In this document: positions 10,537-20,682 of the stretch, piece after piece
How positions within the stretch are numbered: position 1 is the stretch's first letter
How the letters are laid out: every line of letters begins with the position of its first letter
Source: Octopus sinensis
Lineage: Eukaryota
Reading direction: 5' to 3'
DNA: 44,326 nucleotides
Assembly (NCBI RefSeq): GCF_006345805.1
Contig: NW_021824681.1
Location: 1 to 44,326, forward strand
Translations under genes and position numbers: made by a program
Notes under the pieces: model-generated
The model's input: only the letters and a program-made list of their open reading frames with translations
What the model was told of the DNA's origin: nothing
Databases searched by the model: none

Positions 10537-10695
10537 AATAATAATAATAATAATAATGATAACAACAATAATGATAATAATAACAATAATAATAATAATA
10601 ATGATGATAATGATAATAATAATAATGATGATAATGAAAATAATAATGATGGCGATGATGATGATGATAATAATAATAATAATGATAATAATAAT
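10537..10695. repeat. (AAT)/(GAT) microsatellite
   Basis: Direct inspection. Confidence 0.95.
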
Positions 10696-10769
10696 TTCCT
10701 TGACCAAAAACGAACAAGACATTGGGATCAGTGCCAGAGTTGAAAAAAAAATAACAAAGCGCTCCCTAC

Positions 10770-10848
10770 CCCAACAAAAACAGATGGCAGGTTTGTTATA
10801 ATACCAGTCATGTAATTCATGACATGCTTCCTTTAATTCAGGAATACC
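10770..10848 (-). CDS. candidate 79 nt internal exon, GIPELKEACHELHDWYYNKPAICFCW(G)
   Basis: Acceptor CCTTTTGTGTACCAG and donor G|GTAGGG; only the phase-0 frame is open; non-repetitive and protein-like composition. No homolog recognised. Confidence 0.35.
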
Positions 10849-11982
10849 CTGGTACACAAAAGGCAAGTGCTATCAACCAGTTTTTGTTACACAGAATAGA
10901 TTCATTCAACCGTACTCACCCACTTTTTATAGTATGTAATGGAGGCTAGCACTTCCTTCTACACACACTCCTTACTTTCCTTGACAATTGGTACTCAAGG
11001 ATTTTGATGAAGGTTTGGCCCATGAGGAAAATCCCCATCCTCAAACCTTTCATTGATGTTACCCACACAACTTCTTTTGACAATAGCCATCACGTAAGGG
11101 AGAGGAAAAGAGATGACTATCTGCATATCCTTATCAAAGGAAGGTGTTGGATTGATCACCATCATAGACTCGGTAGACAGCTGAATTGATACCACATGCA
11201 ATACCAGCTTAAAGAAATATTTTACTTTTTTTTTTATTTTACATACTAAGACTTAACATAGTAAGAAACGTGCTTGAATTACCCTCACCCTACCCCTCCG
11301 TACATGCACACCAAAGAGAAGAATGACAAAATTAACTTTAAAGCGCTTTGAACTCAAAACCTAAAGAATAGAATTTAATCTGGTTTAGCTTGCTCTTTTA
11401 ATATTTAACGATAATCATTAATAATATCTGGTGAAGAATAAGGGGAAAGTAAATAACTAAAAAAAAAATTAAAAAAAAACAAATAAAAATTAATAAAACA
11501 CACTTTTCTGTCTTTGAGGAAGCCAACAAATATAAAGCAATGCCTGAAGTAACAGACAGTTGTGAAGAGAATGGGAAAAAAATAAATAAATAACAGCAGA
11601 ATCTATAAATACGAAGAAAAACAAAAACAAACTGAAATCGAAAGAAAAGAAGTAAATTTTAAAATTTATTGCTAAGTTGTTGGCAAATAAATAAATAAAT
11701 AAAAGTTAATACCTGACAAAACTGGGTAAAGGTGAAGTAGATAAGTAAAAAAAAAAAAAATTAATAAAAAGAAAACAAAAACAAAACTTGTCACTAGCTG
11801 ATATGGTAGAGTCTTTGAGTGTAGTGGAAGATCTCAGCTTTCCCTACGAGAAACTAGCGGAATGGTAAAAGAATGGTAAAAGAAACAGCAGAAAATGTAG
11901 AGTCTGTGAATGGTCAATTGCATATTTCTGCTTACCCAATCTTAGCCAAACTATATATATATATTTTATCATTTTTTTTTTT

Positions 11983-13215
11983 ATTTTATCCAGTTTCAGC
12001 TCATGAGCTGTGGCCATGCTGGGGCACTGCCATTTGGTGTTGCTACATGATTTTACTTCACGAATGCTTTTTAGCAATTGCCATTTGGTGCATGAGAGAG
12101 TTCGATGCAGCTGCCCTCATCTGCACCTTCTGCCGTGAAGTTGGTTCATCTGGGACACTTGACAGGAAGAGATCCAGTTTTATTTTAAAGACATCTGCAT
12201 CCACCCCATGCAGGTCTCTCAAGTCCTTCAGGAGGATATTGAAGAGCTGTGGACCTCTGAAGCCCAGGCTATCACAGTATCTTGTCCTACATCTTGATGG
12301 CAAAATTGGAGTCCTTGGCACTATGCAGTGGCGCCCAGTTCTAGCATTTGTGTAACTCTCGATGCCAAAGTTTGGGACAAGTCCTTCTAGGATCTTCCAG
12401 ATGTATATTATGGCATATCTTTCTCGCCTACGCTCTAAGGAATAGAGTCTTAATCTCTTGAGTCTTTCCCAGTAGCTTATATGCTGCACAGAGGCTATCT
12501 TCTTCGTGTAGCTTCGTTGGATCACCTCAAGTTCTGTGATTAACTTGACACTGGATGGTGACCATAGCTGAGAGCAATAGTCAAAGTGGCTTAGGACAAG
12601 TGTCCTCCAGAGGACCATCATGGTTTCCTGGTCTCTTGTTCTAAAGGTTCTAAGAATCCATCCGGTCAGTTCGCCACATTTCATTGCCAATTTAGCAACA
12701 TGCACATGAAAGGTTGCATCATCACTCATGTAAATACCCAGGTCTCGCACTGATTGTGCCTCTAGGATTGCAATCCCTCCAGGTCCAGTGTATTTATTGG
12801 GTATTGCATTTAGTTTTGCATGCTGATAGCATAAGCTTGAAACTTTTCAGCATTGAACTGCATCTATTCTTTTCAGCTCACTTGTATATTTTGTCCAGCT
12901 CACATTGCAGGTGTATAGTGTCTTCAGGGTTCGTATTGCCTGTGAAACTTTTGTATCATCTGCATAATTTGTGATCGTGGCTCTCTGCATGGCTGAGGGC
13001 ATGTCTGAGAGGGCCATTATGAACAGTAGTGGTCCCAAAACAGTGCCTTGCAGAACACCGCTCACTATTTGCGTGTTAATGGCTACTACCACCTGGCTTC
13101 TATCCTTCAGAAAGTCATGAAGCCATTCTCCCAATTTTCCAACTATGTTGAGATCACGCAGTTTGTGACATATCATTCCATGATCGACTTTATCAAATCA
13201 AAATAGATGAACATC
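11983..13215 (-). mobile_element. CR1-like LINE, 5'-truncated (RT C-half and 3' tail)
   Basis: SGVLQGTVLGPLLF..NYADDTK (12847-13176) and RDLGIYM..LWRTLV..DYCSQLWSP..YWERLKRLRLYSLERRRER..FKIKLDLFL (12058-12750); frameshifted. Confidence 0.92.
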
Positions 13216-13681
13216 AATGGAATTTGTATCCTTGTGGTACCAGTGCCGGTGGCACATAAGAAAACCATCCGAACGTGACCATAGCCAGTACCGCATCGAC
13301 TGGCCTCCGTGCTGAGGGCACGTAACAAACACCATCCGAGCGTGGCCGTTCGCCAGCCTCGTCTGGCACCTGTGTCGGTGGCACATAAAAACACCATCCG
13401 AGCGTGGCCGTCTGCCAGCCTCGTCTGGCACCTGTGTCGGTGGCACATAAAAACACCATCCGAGCGTGGCCGTCTGCCAGCCTCGTCTGGCACCTTGTCA
13501 GTGGCACATAAAATCACCCACTACACTCTCGGAGTGGTTGGCGTTAGGAAGGGCATCCAGCTGTAGAAACACTGCCAGATCTGACTGCCTGGTGCAGCCT
13601 TCGAGCTTGCCAGACCCCAGTTGAACCGTCCAACCCATGCTAGCATGGAAAGCGGACGTTAAACGATGATGATGATGATGA
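13216..13681 (+). mobile_element. family C retroposon with homogenised 62 bp units
   Basis: ACCATCCG unit starts at 13264, 13331, 13393 and 13455; standard 3' end and (ATG)n tail. Confidence 0.9.
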
Positions 13682-13724
13682 TATATATATATATATATAT
13701 ATATTTTACACAACAGTATATAGG

Positions 13725-14390
13725 CATGCTTCACCCTACGTCGTTAATTGGTTCCAGGAGACACGACTTAAGTCAAATTAACTTGTCTCTAGACTAGGCT
13801 AGGCCGAATTTACTCGTCTCTAGGCTAAAGTGATAATAACCATTCCCATTTCTGTTCTTCCAGCATTTATAGCATGATGCTTAGCACTTTCACTATGAAT
13901 TTCCTAAGGAGCCATGGGGGACAAAAAATAAAGTCACAAATGAATGAGAATGAGAAAGTAGCCGAAAAACAGACGTAAACAAATCTGAATTCAAAACAAT
14001 TGCGGAAATCACGAGTGACAACGACACCTAACAGTAGATATTGAAACTACAGTGCAATATGAGCTCTGAAAGACTGATAAATAAGACAACACAGTTGACT
14101 TCATGATTTTGTTTACTAAGCTACACAACTTTATGGTGTGTAACTTAACATTTACTGTACATATTTTAATACGATTTTATATGCTTTTATTCTTATTTAT
14201 TGTACAGTAACATAATTTTATGTGCTCTTAACAGTTTTCTAGTGATTTTAAGATATCTGTATTTGTGGCAGACAGACGTAAAAATCGAGTAAAATGACTT
14301 GATTTTTATCTTTCCATATATTATTTCTGAAAACAAATGTATAATCCAGAATGATTTAAACTGAAATGACTTAAGCCGAGGTATGCTTGC
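13725..14390. mobile_element. possible DNA-transposon relic
   Basis: CpG-containing ends (CGTTAATTGGTTCCAGG..CGACTTAAGTC and GACTTAAGCCGAGGTA) resemble pogo-type MITEs; no clean TIR pair. Confidence 0.3.
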
Positions 14391-14809
14391 ATATATATTT
14401 GGCAAAAGTTGAATGCTCGTATGTCACCTAGGGCTCATGCACACACAAACACTCACACTCTAGGTATTGCCTACAAACTGTCAACATTCCTGGACTAAAT
14501 ATAAGAATTAGCACTCACTTAGTAATGCACTTTTATGAAGAGTACCCCAGGATATATATTCACAACAGATTTTTAAAAAAAGCCTTTACTAGGAGTTGCA
14601 TGAATTATGAGAACTCTTGGACATAAATACACCGTACATAGAAAGTGACACTTACTAAGTACTGTCCACTTGCTCTGAGTACCCCCCCCCCAGGGGCATG
14701 CAGACACCCAACATACAGAAAATAGTACTAATAACTGCTGCACATGTTCTATATATTCTATGCATAGAATACTTGCAATATAACCAAAAAAAAAAAAAAA
14801 AAAAAAGAT

Positions 14810-15220
14810 ATAGGCGCAGGAGTGGCTGTGTGGTAAGTAGCTTGCTAACCAACCACATGGTTCTGGGTTCAGTCCCACTGCGTGGCATCTTGGGCAAGTG
14901 TCTTCTGCTATAGCCCCGGGCCGACCAATGCCTTGTGAGTGGATTTGGTAGACGGAAACTGAAAGAAGCCCGTCGTATATATGTATATATATATATGTGT
15001 GTGTGTGTCTGTGTTTGTCCCCCTAGCATTGCTTGACAACCGATGCTGGTGTGTTTACGTCCCCGTCACTTAGCGGTTCGGCAAAAGAGACCGATAGAAT
15101 AAGTACTGGGCTTACAAAGAAAAAGTCCCGGGGTCGATTTGATCGACTAAAGGCGGTGCTCCAGCATGGCCGCAGTCAAATGACTGAAACAAGTAAAAGA
15201 GTAAAAGAGTAAAAGAGTAT
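14810..15220 (+). mobile_element. SINE family A, full length, little diverged
   Basis: TAGGCGCAGGAGTGGCTGTGTGG head through (GTAAAAGA)n tail. Confidence 0.92.
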
Positions 15221-15319
15221 AGCAAGAAAGAGAAGAAAGAAATATTGATAAAGACCAGAATACTGCACATACCCAAGTCACATAGAACTGCACTCACTTG
15301 TGCAGTGAAAGTATGCAAA

Positions 15320-16110
15320 AATAATAATAATAATAATAATAATAAAACTACTGAAATAATTAAAACATTTATAATGAATAAAAAAAAAAGAAAGAAAACT
15401 CAAAATACCTTAACAGGCAGTTCCAGCATTGCTGCTGCTGCTGCTACTGCCACCACCACTATCACCACCACCACCACCACCACCACCACAACAACAACAA
15501 CAAAAACAAACCAAATTTTTCATTACAATGGTTATGAGTATGGCGCTTTTCAGTGGGAAGGTGGAGAGAATGGTAAAGTTGGGTGGTGGCGGTGTAGAGT
15601 GGTAGTTGAGGTATCCAGCAAGCCAAACCAAAGGGGGGAACTGTATGTGGGGTGTGACACTCGAGGGAAGAGCTGGTAGAGGGAAATGAGTGGGTGGGGT
15701 CGGGTGGGGTGGGGTGGTAGTAGCGATGGCAAAGGTGCAAAAGTGGCAGTAGTTTGTATGCCGAGAGCAAATGGTGGAGATCGGTAAGACTAGACTGGGG
15801 AAAAAAATGGATGGTGGCCTGAAAAGTGGGTGGGGTGGGTGGGTGGGAGGGTATGGATGAGGGGGGGGCAGACAGCATGGTGGTAAAAAGGCGTCAGTGG
15901 TTGTGGTTGTGGTGGTGGTGGTCATATGAGTATGGGAGAGGAAAATGGGCATTGGGCGGGGAAGCAACGGTGGAGATGCTTTGGGTTTTCAAATTCTCTA
16001 AAAGCTATGACATCATAATTTTGCACCACCACCACCACCACCACCACCACCACTCTTCATGTCGACAGTGCATATAATGGGGAGGGGGAGGAGGTGGAGG
16101 GGGGGGGGGC
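15320..16110. repeat. low-complexity tract: (AAT)n, (GCT)n, (ACC)n, (ACA)n, G-rich (GGGT)/(GGT)n, (CAC)n
   Basis: Direct inspection. Confidence 0.9.
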
Positions 16111-16471
16111 AACAGCAAATACAGGGTTGATATTGCAATTTAGTGGATTTGTCTGTCTGTCTGTCTGTCTATAAATTTTGTTTTCCCTCAGTGTTAGTTT
16201 TCTTCTTTCTCGGTGATATGTTCATTCATTCCGGCCTTTCCCATTGTCGCAGAAACCATAAGCTAAGCTTTGCTTTGTGTGCAAGAAGAAGAAGAAGAAG
16301 AAGAAGAGAAAGAAAGAGAAAAAGAAAGGAAAAGAGAAACCTCTTTGGCTTATCTTGAATCAGTGACCTTCAATTAACAACACTCATAGGCCTGCTCACC
16401 TATTTCCCCACCACTAACCTGCCAAATGCATGAAAGACCATACAGAGAGAGGAGGAGGAACAACAACAACA

Positions 16472-16689
16472 AGAATCCTTTCTACGATAGGTACAAGGCC
16501 TGAAATTTGGGGAAAGGGAATAGTCAATTACATTGACCCCAGTACTCAACTGGTACTTAATTTCTCAACCCAGAAAGGATGAAAGGCAAAGTCAACCTTA
16601 GTGGAATTTGAACTCAGAATGTAATGGCAGACGAAATACTGCTAAGCATTTTGCCTGGCGTGCTAACAATTCTGCCAGCTCGCCACCTT
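16472..16689 (-). mobile_element. SINE family B, alternative tail
   Basis: Head CTGCCAGCTCGCCACC on the plus strand; tail is the reverse complement of AATCCTTTCTACGATAGGTACAAGGCCTGAAATTTGG. Confidence 0.85.
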
Positions 16690-16727
16690 AACAACAACAA
16701 CAATAATAATAATAATAATAATAATAG

Positions 16728-16880
16728 TAATCCTTTCTACTGAAGGCCTGAAATTTGGTGGTGGTGGTGACTAGTTGATTACATCGACCCCCAGTGTTTC
16801 ACTGGTACTTTATTGACGCGAAAATGATGCGAGACAAAGTTGACCTTGGTGGAATTTGAACTCAGAATGTGCAGACAGAC
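16728..16880 (-). mobile_element. SINE family B, 5'-truncated
   Basis: Same tail and middle as 16472-16689. Confidence 0.75.
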
Positions 16881-16881
16881 A

Positions 16882-17609
16882 AAGTGCCACTACTTTGAAC
16901 TTTTAAACCCAAACCAAACGATAACAAAGGAGATCTTCTGCAAGCAGCTTGAGTGGCTTAACCCTTTGGTGTTTAAGCCGGCCACATCCGGCCCAAATAT
17001 CCTACATGTTTTACATTCAAACTGGCCATATCTAGCCCCTTACACCTAACCTACATTGATATTCTAAGAATAAACAATCACACCATTGAAACTTCAAAGC
17101 TGTAAGATAATGTGTGATTAATTCAAAACAATTCGATTGATAAAAGTATTACAAATTAATCTGAACACCAAAGGATCAAATCAACGCTAGAAGAAAAATG
17201 ACCATCTTTGGTTCCAAGACAAAAGGCGTTCATCCATCAGGATAATACTCAACCACATACAACCAGGTTGGAGCAGTTTGAATGGGAAACGATGCCCTGC
17301 CTATCATATTTGCTGGATATTGCCCCATCTGATTATCATTTATTTTGCAGTCTTCAAATTCATTAGGATAGAAAAAATATGAATTCTGTAGACAAGGTGA
17401 GAACAGTTATTGGAGGAGTATTTTTTGTCCAAGGACAAGTGAATTTTGGAAGAGCGGCTTTGCAAGTCTACCAGATAGATGGAAGAGCATTGTAGAAAAT
17501 GAAGGAGAGTATATTTTAGATAAAAAAAACAAAAAACTTTGTTCATCTTAATTTTGAAATATAAAAGAAGTATAAAAAAAAACTGCATTATTTATGAGAT
17601 GACCCAATA
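16882..17609 (+). mobile_element. decayed mariner, 3' half, same family as 4637-6030
   Basis: HYFELLNPNQTITKEIFCKQLEW, HQDNTQPH and DIAPSDYHLF motifs; TIR ATTTATGAGATGACCCAA-TA. Confidence 0.85.
16958..17180. mobile_element. MITE family 1 nested in the mariner at TTAA
   Basis: TTAACCCTTTGGTGTTT ... CTGAACACCAAAGGATCAA; the mariner sequence resumes on both sides. Confidence 0.85.
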
Positions 17610-17979
17610 TTATCGCCATGGGCAATCAATGCATTGTGGGTAAATTTATTAGATGGAAACTGTGTGGAAGCCCATCATATATATATCATTCAATAAACAC
17701 AAGATTTAGTGTGAGTTGTTTCATTCCCCAATAGTAAGAACATGTGTTTTTTATGTTGTGTGTGTGTTTGCTTCTTTTAAAAGTTGTAAAACATAATAGC
17801 TGGTAAGAGAGTGATGGATGCCTAAGAGAGTGATGACATGTGTACACACACATACATATAGACACACACACACACACACACTCATACACAAACTTACCCA
17901 CCCACCCACCCATGCACACTCATACCACACTGCACACACATGTACACACATATCACTCGTGCATATATGAGTATATGTA

Positions 17980-18020
<41 letters not shown>

Positions 18021-18362
18021 TAATACACCTCTATGCACACATACATACATACATACATATATTAGGGAGAGTTTATGAATATATATATATATATAATATA
18101 TATATATATAATATAATATATATATATATGTGTGTGTGTGTCATGTATGTACACTTCAAGGATGTTTACATACAAAAGCTTACAGAGTTTTTGCTACCTG
18201 ATACTAACAGCATAAGTCATGTCGTGGTTGGTTGAATTTTTTTCTCTTAACCTTTAATAGTCTTTTTTTTTTTTTTCCTTCTCCTACCCACTCATGAACA
18301 CAATTGCCAAAACAAAGATGATTATATGTTACCTTTAGCTAAGGTTTGGTCATCCTAATTAT

Positions 18363-18416
<54 letters not shown>

Positions 18417-18580
18417 TACACAGAGTCTAGGGATGGGATCATCTGCTCATTGATTGGTTGAATAAATTACACTGTGCCTGCAGTCATAGCAAACTACTTC
18501 CAGATATGTTGTTATCATTACAAACTTAGTCATAGATGGAAGTGTAGTACTTGTGGCTCTTTTTCTGGGCTTCTGAGACT

Positions 18581-18790
18581 GAGCAAAGACCTGCCCCTGA
18601 CTGCTGGCGGCAGTGGGGACTTCAAACATGTTTGGTACTGACCTGTCTGAAACTGGTCCCTGGGTCTACAACTGATGGGGTGGGGGAATTTATCCTCAGA
18701 GCAAAGACCTGCCCCTGACTGCTGGCGGCAGTGGGGACTTCAAACATTTTTGGTACTGACCTATCTGAAACTGGTCCCTGGGTCTACAAC
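18581..18790. repeat. 92 bp direct duplication with 26 bp spacer
   Basis: 18581-18672 versus 18699-18790, 2 mismatches. Confidence 0.95.
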
Positions 18791-18972
18791 ATAAACTTCC
18801 TCTTTTTAAGTGATTTAAATTGAAAACTTTCATCAAAATTACATGTTTGATTTATGTTTAAAACTCTAGTTTAATAATGCCTAAGTTATTTTAATAAATC
18901 CTTCATCATTTTGGTAGTTAATTGACACAAAGGTAGTACATTTCGATAGAAGTACAATAACAAAATGATTAA
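18746..18972. mobile_element. MITE family 2, degenerate TTAA-type ends
   Basis: AAAACTTTCATCAAAATT...TTTAATAATG..AAGTTATTTT..ACAAAATGATTAA; homologous to 38054-38264 and 42435-42580. Confidence 0.7.
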
Positions 18973-19000
18973 GACATCTGAAGCCCAGTGGTGGTGTCCC

Positions 19001-19185
19001 CCCTTTCGCTACCATATTTCACAGAACTTAATTTCATTTAATTTTGAAAATGATGAAGAATTTGTCATTATTAACCTGGTTTTTGGAACATAAGTTAGCA
19101 TGAAATTTTGATGGGAGGTTTTAATTTAGATCAAACTAAAACAGGACCAGGGGTGGTTTCAAGCAGGGTAGCACCAAACTGGTTG
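19001..19185. mobile_element. MITE family 2, inverted relative to 18746-18972
   Basis: CCCTTTCGCTACCATATTTC...GGAACATAAGTTAGCATGAAATTTTGATGGGAGGTTTTAATTT. Confidence 0.7.
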
Positions 19186-19210
19186 GAACACGTGTCAGAT
19201 TAAAGTCTAG

Positions 19211-19426
19211 ATTAAAGGCGGCGAGCTGGCAGAAACGTTAGCATGTCGGGAGAAATGCTTAGCAGTATTTCGTCTGCTGTTACGGTCTGAGTTCAAATTC
19301 TGCTGAGGTTGACTTTGCCTTTCATCCTTTCGGGGTCGATAAATTAAGTACCAGTTACGCACTGGGGTCGATGTCTGTCCTTATTTGTCCCCTCTGTGTT
19401 TAGCCCCTTGTGGGTAGTAAAGAAAT
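19211..19426 (+). mobile_element. SINE family B with 14 bp TSD
   Basis: TSD AGATTAAAGTCTAG at 19197-19210 and 19427-19440. Confidence 0.93.
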
Positions 19427-20217
19427 AGATTAAAGTCTAGTCTATCACCTACTTCTATGACACAAACTTAAGATATGATACTCAGGAGCAGGGTCTCCCT
19501 TTGTTGATAGATTTAAAAGAGGTGGGACCTACAGACTTCCCTCACCCCCTTCATTATATAAAAGCCTTTCATTTTCCCCATATGTTTGTGTGTGAGGAGA
19601 GAGAGGCAGAGAGGGGAGAGAGAGAGGGAGAGGGAGAGAGGAAAGAAAGAGGAGAGAGAAAGAAAATGAAAGGCTTCTGTATAATGATGAGGGAAGGATA
19701 AAGTTATTATGAATACCAGATATATATATATATATATATATATGTACTCATACACACACACACACACACAGACAGACACACACACACACACAGACAGACA
19801 CACACACACAGAGTAAATAGCAGTAAATTCTGGCATCATCAGCTCTGTTGCTGAATCACAGCTTTTCCACAGATATATTTCCCCTCAGATATCTAACATA
19901 ACTCTATACATGACAGACAACACACCCTGACACACCTTTTCATATAGTGTTCATCAGGCACATGGCAATTATCAGAATCTCATTACCAACTGATATCAGC
20001 GTTCCCTCATTTACAAAGAAAGCGAGTAAGTTTAGTTGTGTTTCATTTAACTCTTAGCTGTCTACTCAAAAGTTCTGATTTATAATGGACTTGTTTCTCA
20101 CTTTATATTCCAGACAATAATTAACTTGTTCTGTTTTTTTACACTTTCCAACAGTCAATTGCATTCAATCTACATAGTTTTGCTCTGAAGTGCATATATA
20201 TATATATATATATATAT

Positions 20218-20309
20218 GTAAACGTTAAAAAAACACAAACTGGGACAAGAACGTGAAACATTTTGAAGACGACAAAAAAACAACATAGACGGGACTTTCG
20301 AAGCTCTCA

Positions 20310-20310
<1 letters not shown>
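20218..20310 (-). mobile_element. possible Penelope-like terminal fragment between (TA)n runs
   Basis: Its reverse complement resembles the TTCTCGTCCCAGTT / CGTCTAT segment at about 22300-22420. Confidence 0.4.
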
Positions 20311-20344
<34 letters not shown>

Positions 20345-20346
<2 letters not shown>

Positions 20347-20538
20347 GGTCCCGGGTTGAGTCGGGGTTAACCACAGTAAATAAGGTATTCATACATAGCA
20401 GAGTAAATTAATTTATTTTATAGAAGGAGCTTCTACAAGACTAGAACTGTTTCATTCAAAAGAAATCATCAGGAAGCTTCCTGATGATTTCTTTTGAATG
20501 AAACATTCTAGTCCTGTAGAAGCTCCTTCTATAAAATA

Positions 20539-20541
<3 letters not shown>
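20345..20541. mobile_element. Penelope-like pseudo-LTR remnant with inverted partial copy
   Basis: Palindrome 20411-20541 centred at 20476/20477, flanked by (TA)n; each arm has a hammerhead-like core. Confidence 0.6.
20475..20524 (+). ncRNA. type I hammerhead-ribozyme-like motif (mirror copy on the minus strand at about 20429-20478)
   Basis: Stem I AGCTTC/GAAGCT, core CTGATGA, weak stem II TTC-TTTT-GAA, GAAA, stem III ACA..TGT, cleavage triplet GTA at 20516-20518. Confidence 0.55.
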
Positions 20542-20579
<38 letters not shown>

Positions 20580-20682
20580 TATATACTTGGAAAAGGATGC
20601 ATGGCACTTGATCATATTATAAATATGAATAATATATAAATACATGCATATAACATACCTATATGTACATACCTACATATAT

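Noticed and set aside
9721-10866. Poly-Asn, poly-Ile and poly-Met ORFs
   Set aside because: (AAT)n and (GAT)n translations; only the 79 nt segment 10770-10848 is kept as a candidate.
10995-11201. 68 aa and 61 aa ORFs in unique sequence
   Set aside because: No recognisable motif or splice context on either strand.
13264-13516. CRISPR-like repeat-spacer appearance of family C units
   Set aside because: Eukaryotic context, no cas genes, variable parts only 6-10 nt, and the array lies inside a dispersed (ATG)n-tailed retroposon.
14656-14740. Minus-strand exon ending at GTAAGT (about 14655)
   Set aside because: Weak acceptor and an internal G9 homopolymer; no support.
14810-14885. tRNA genes at SINE heads
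   Set aside because: A- and B-box-like motifs are present but there is no complete cloverleaf, and each continues into a SINE body.
15245-16077. Poly-Thr, poly-Pro and poly-Gly ORFs
   Set aside because: Low-complexity trinucleotide runs without credible exon boundaries.
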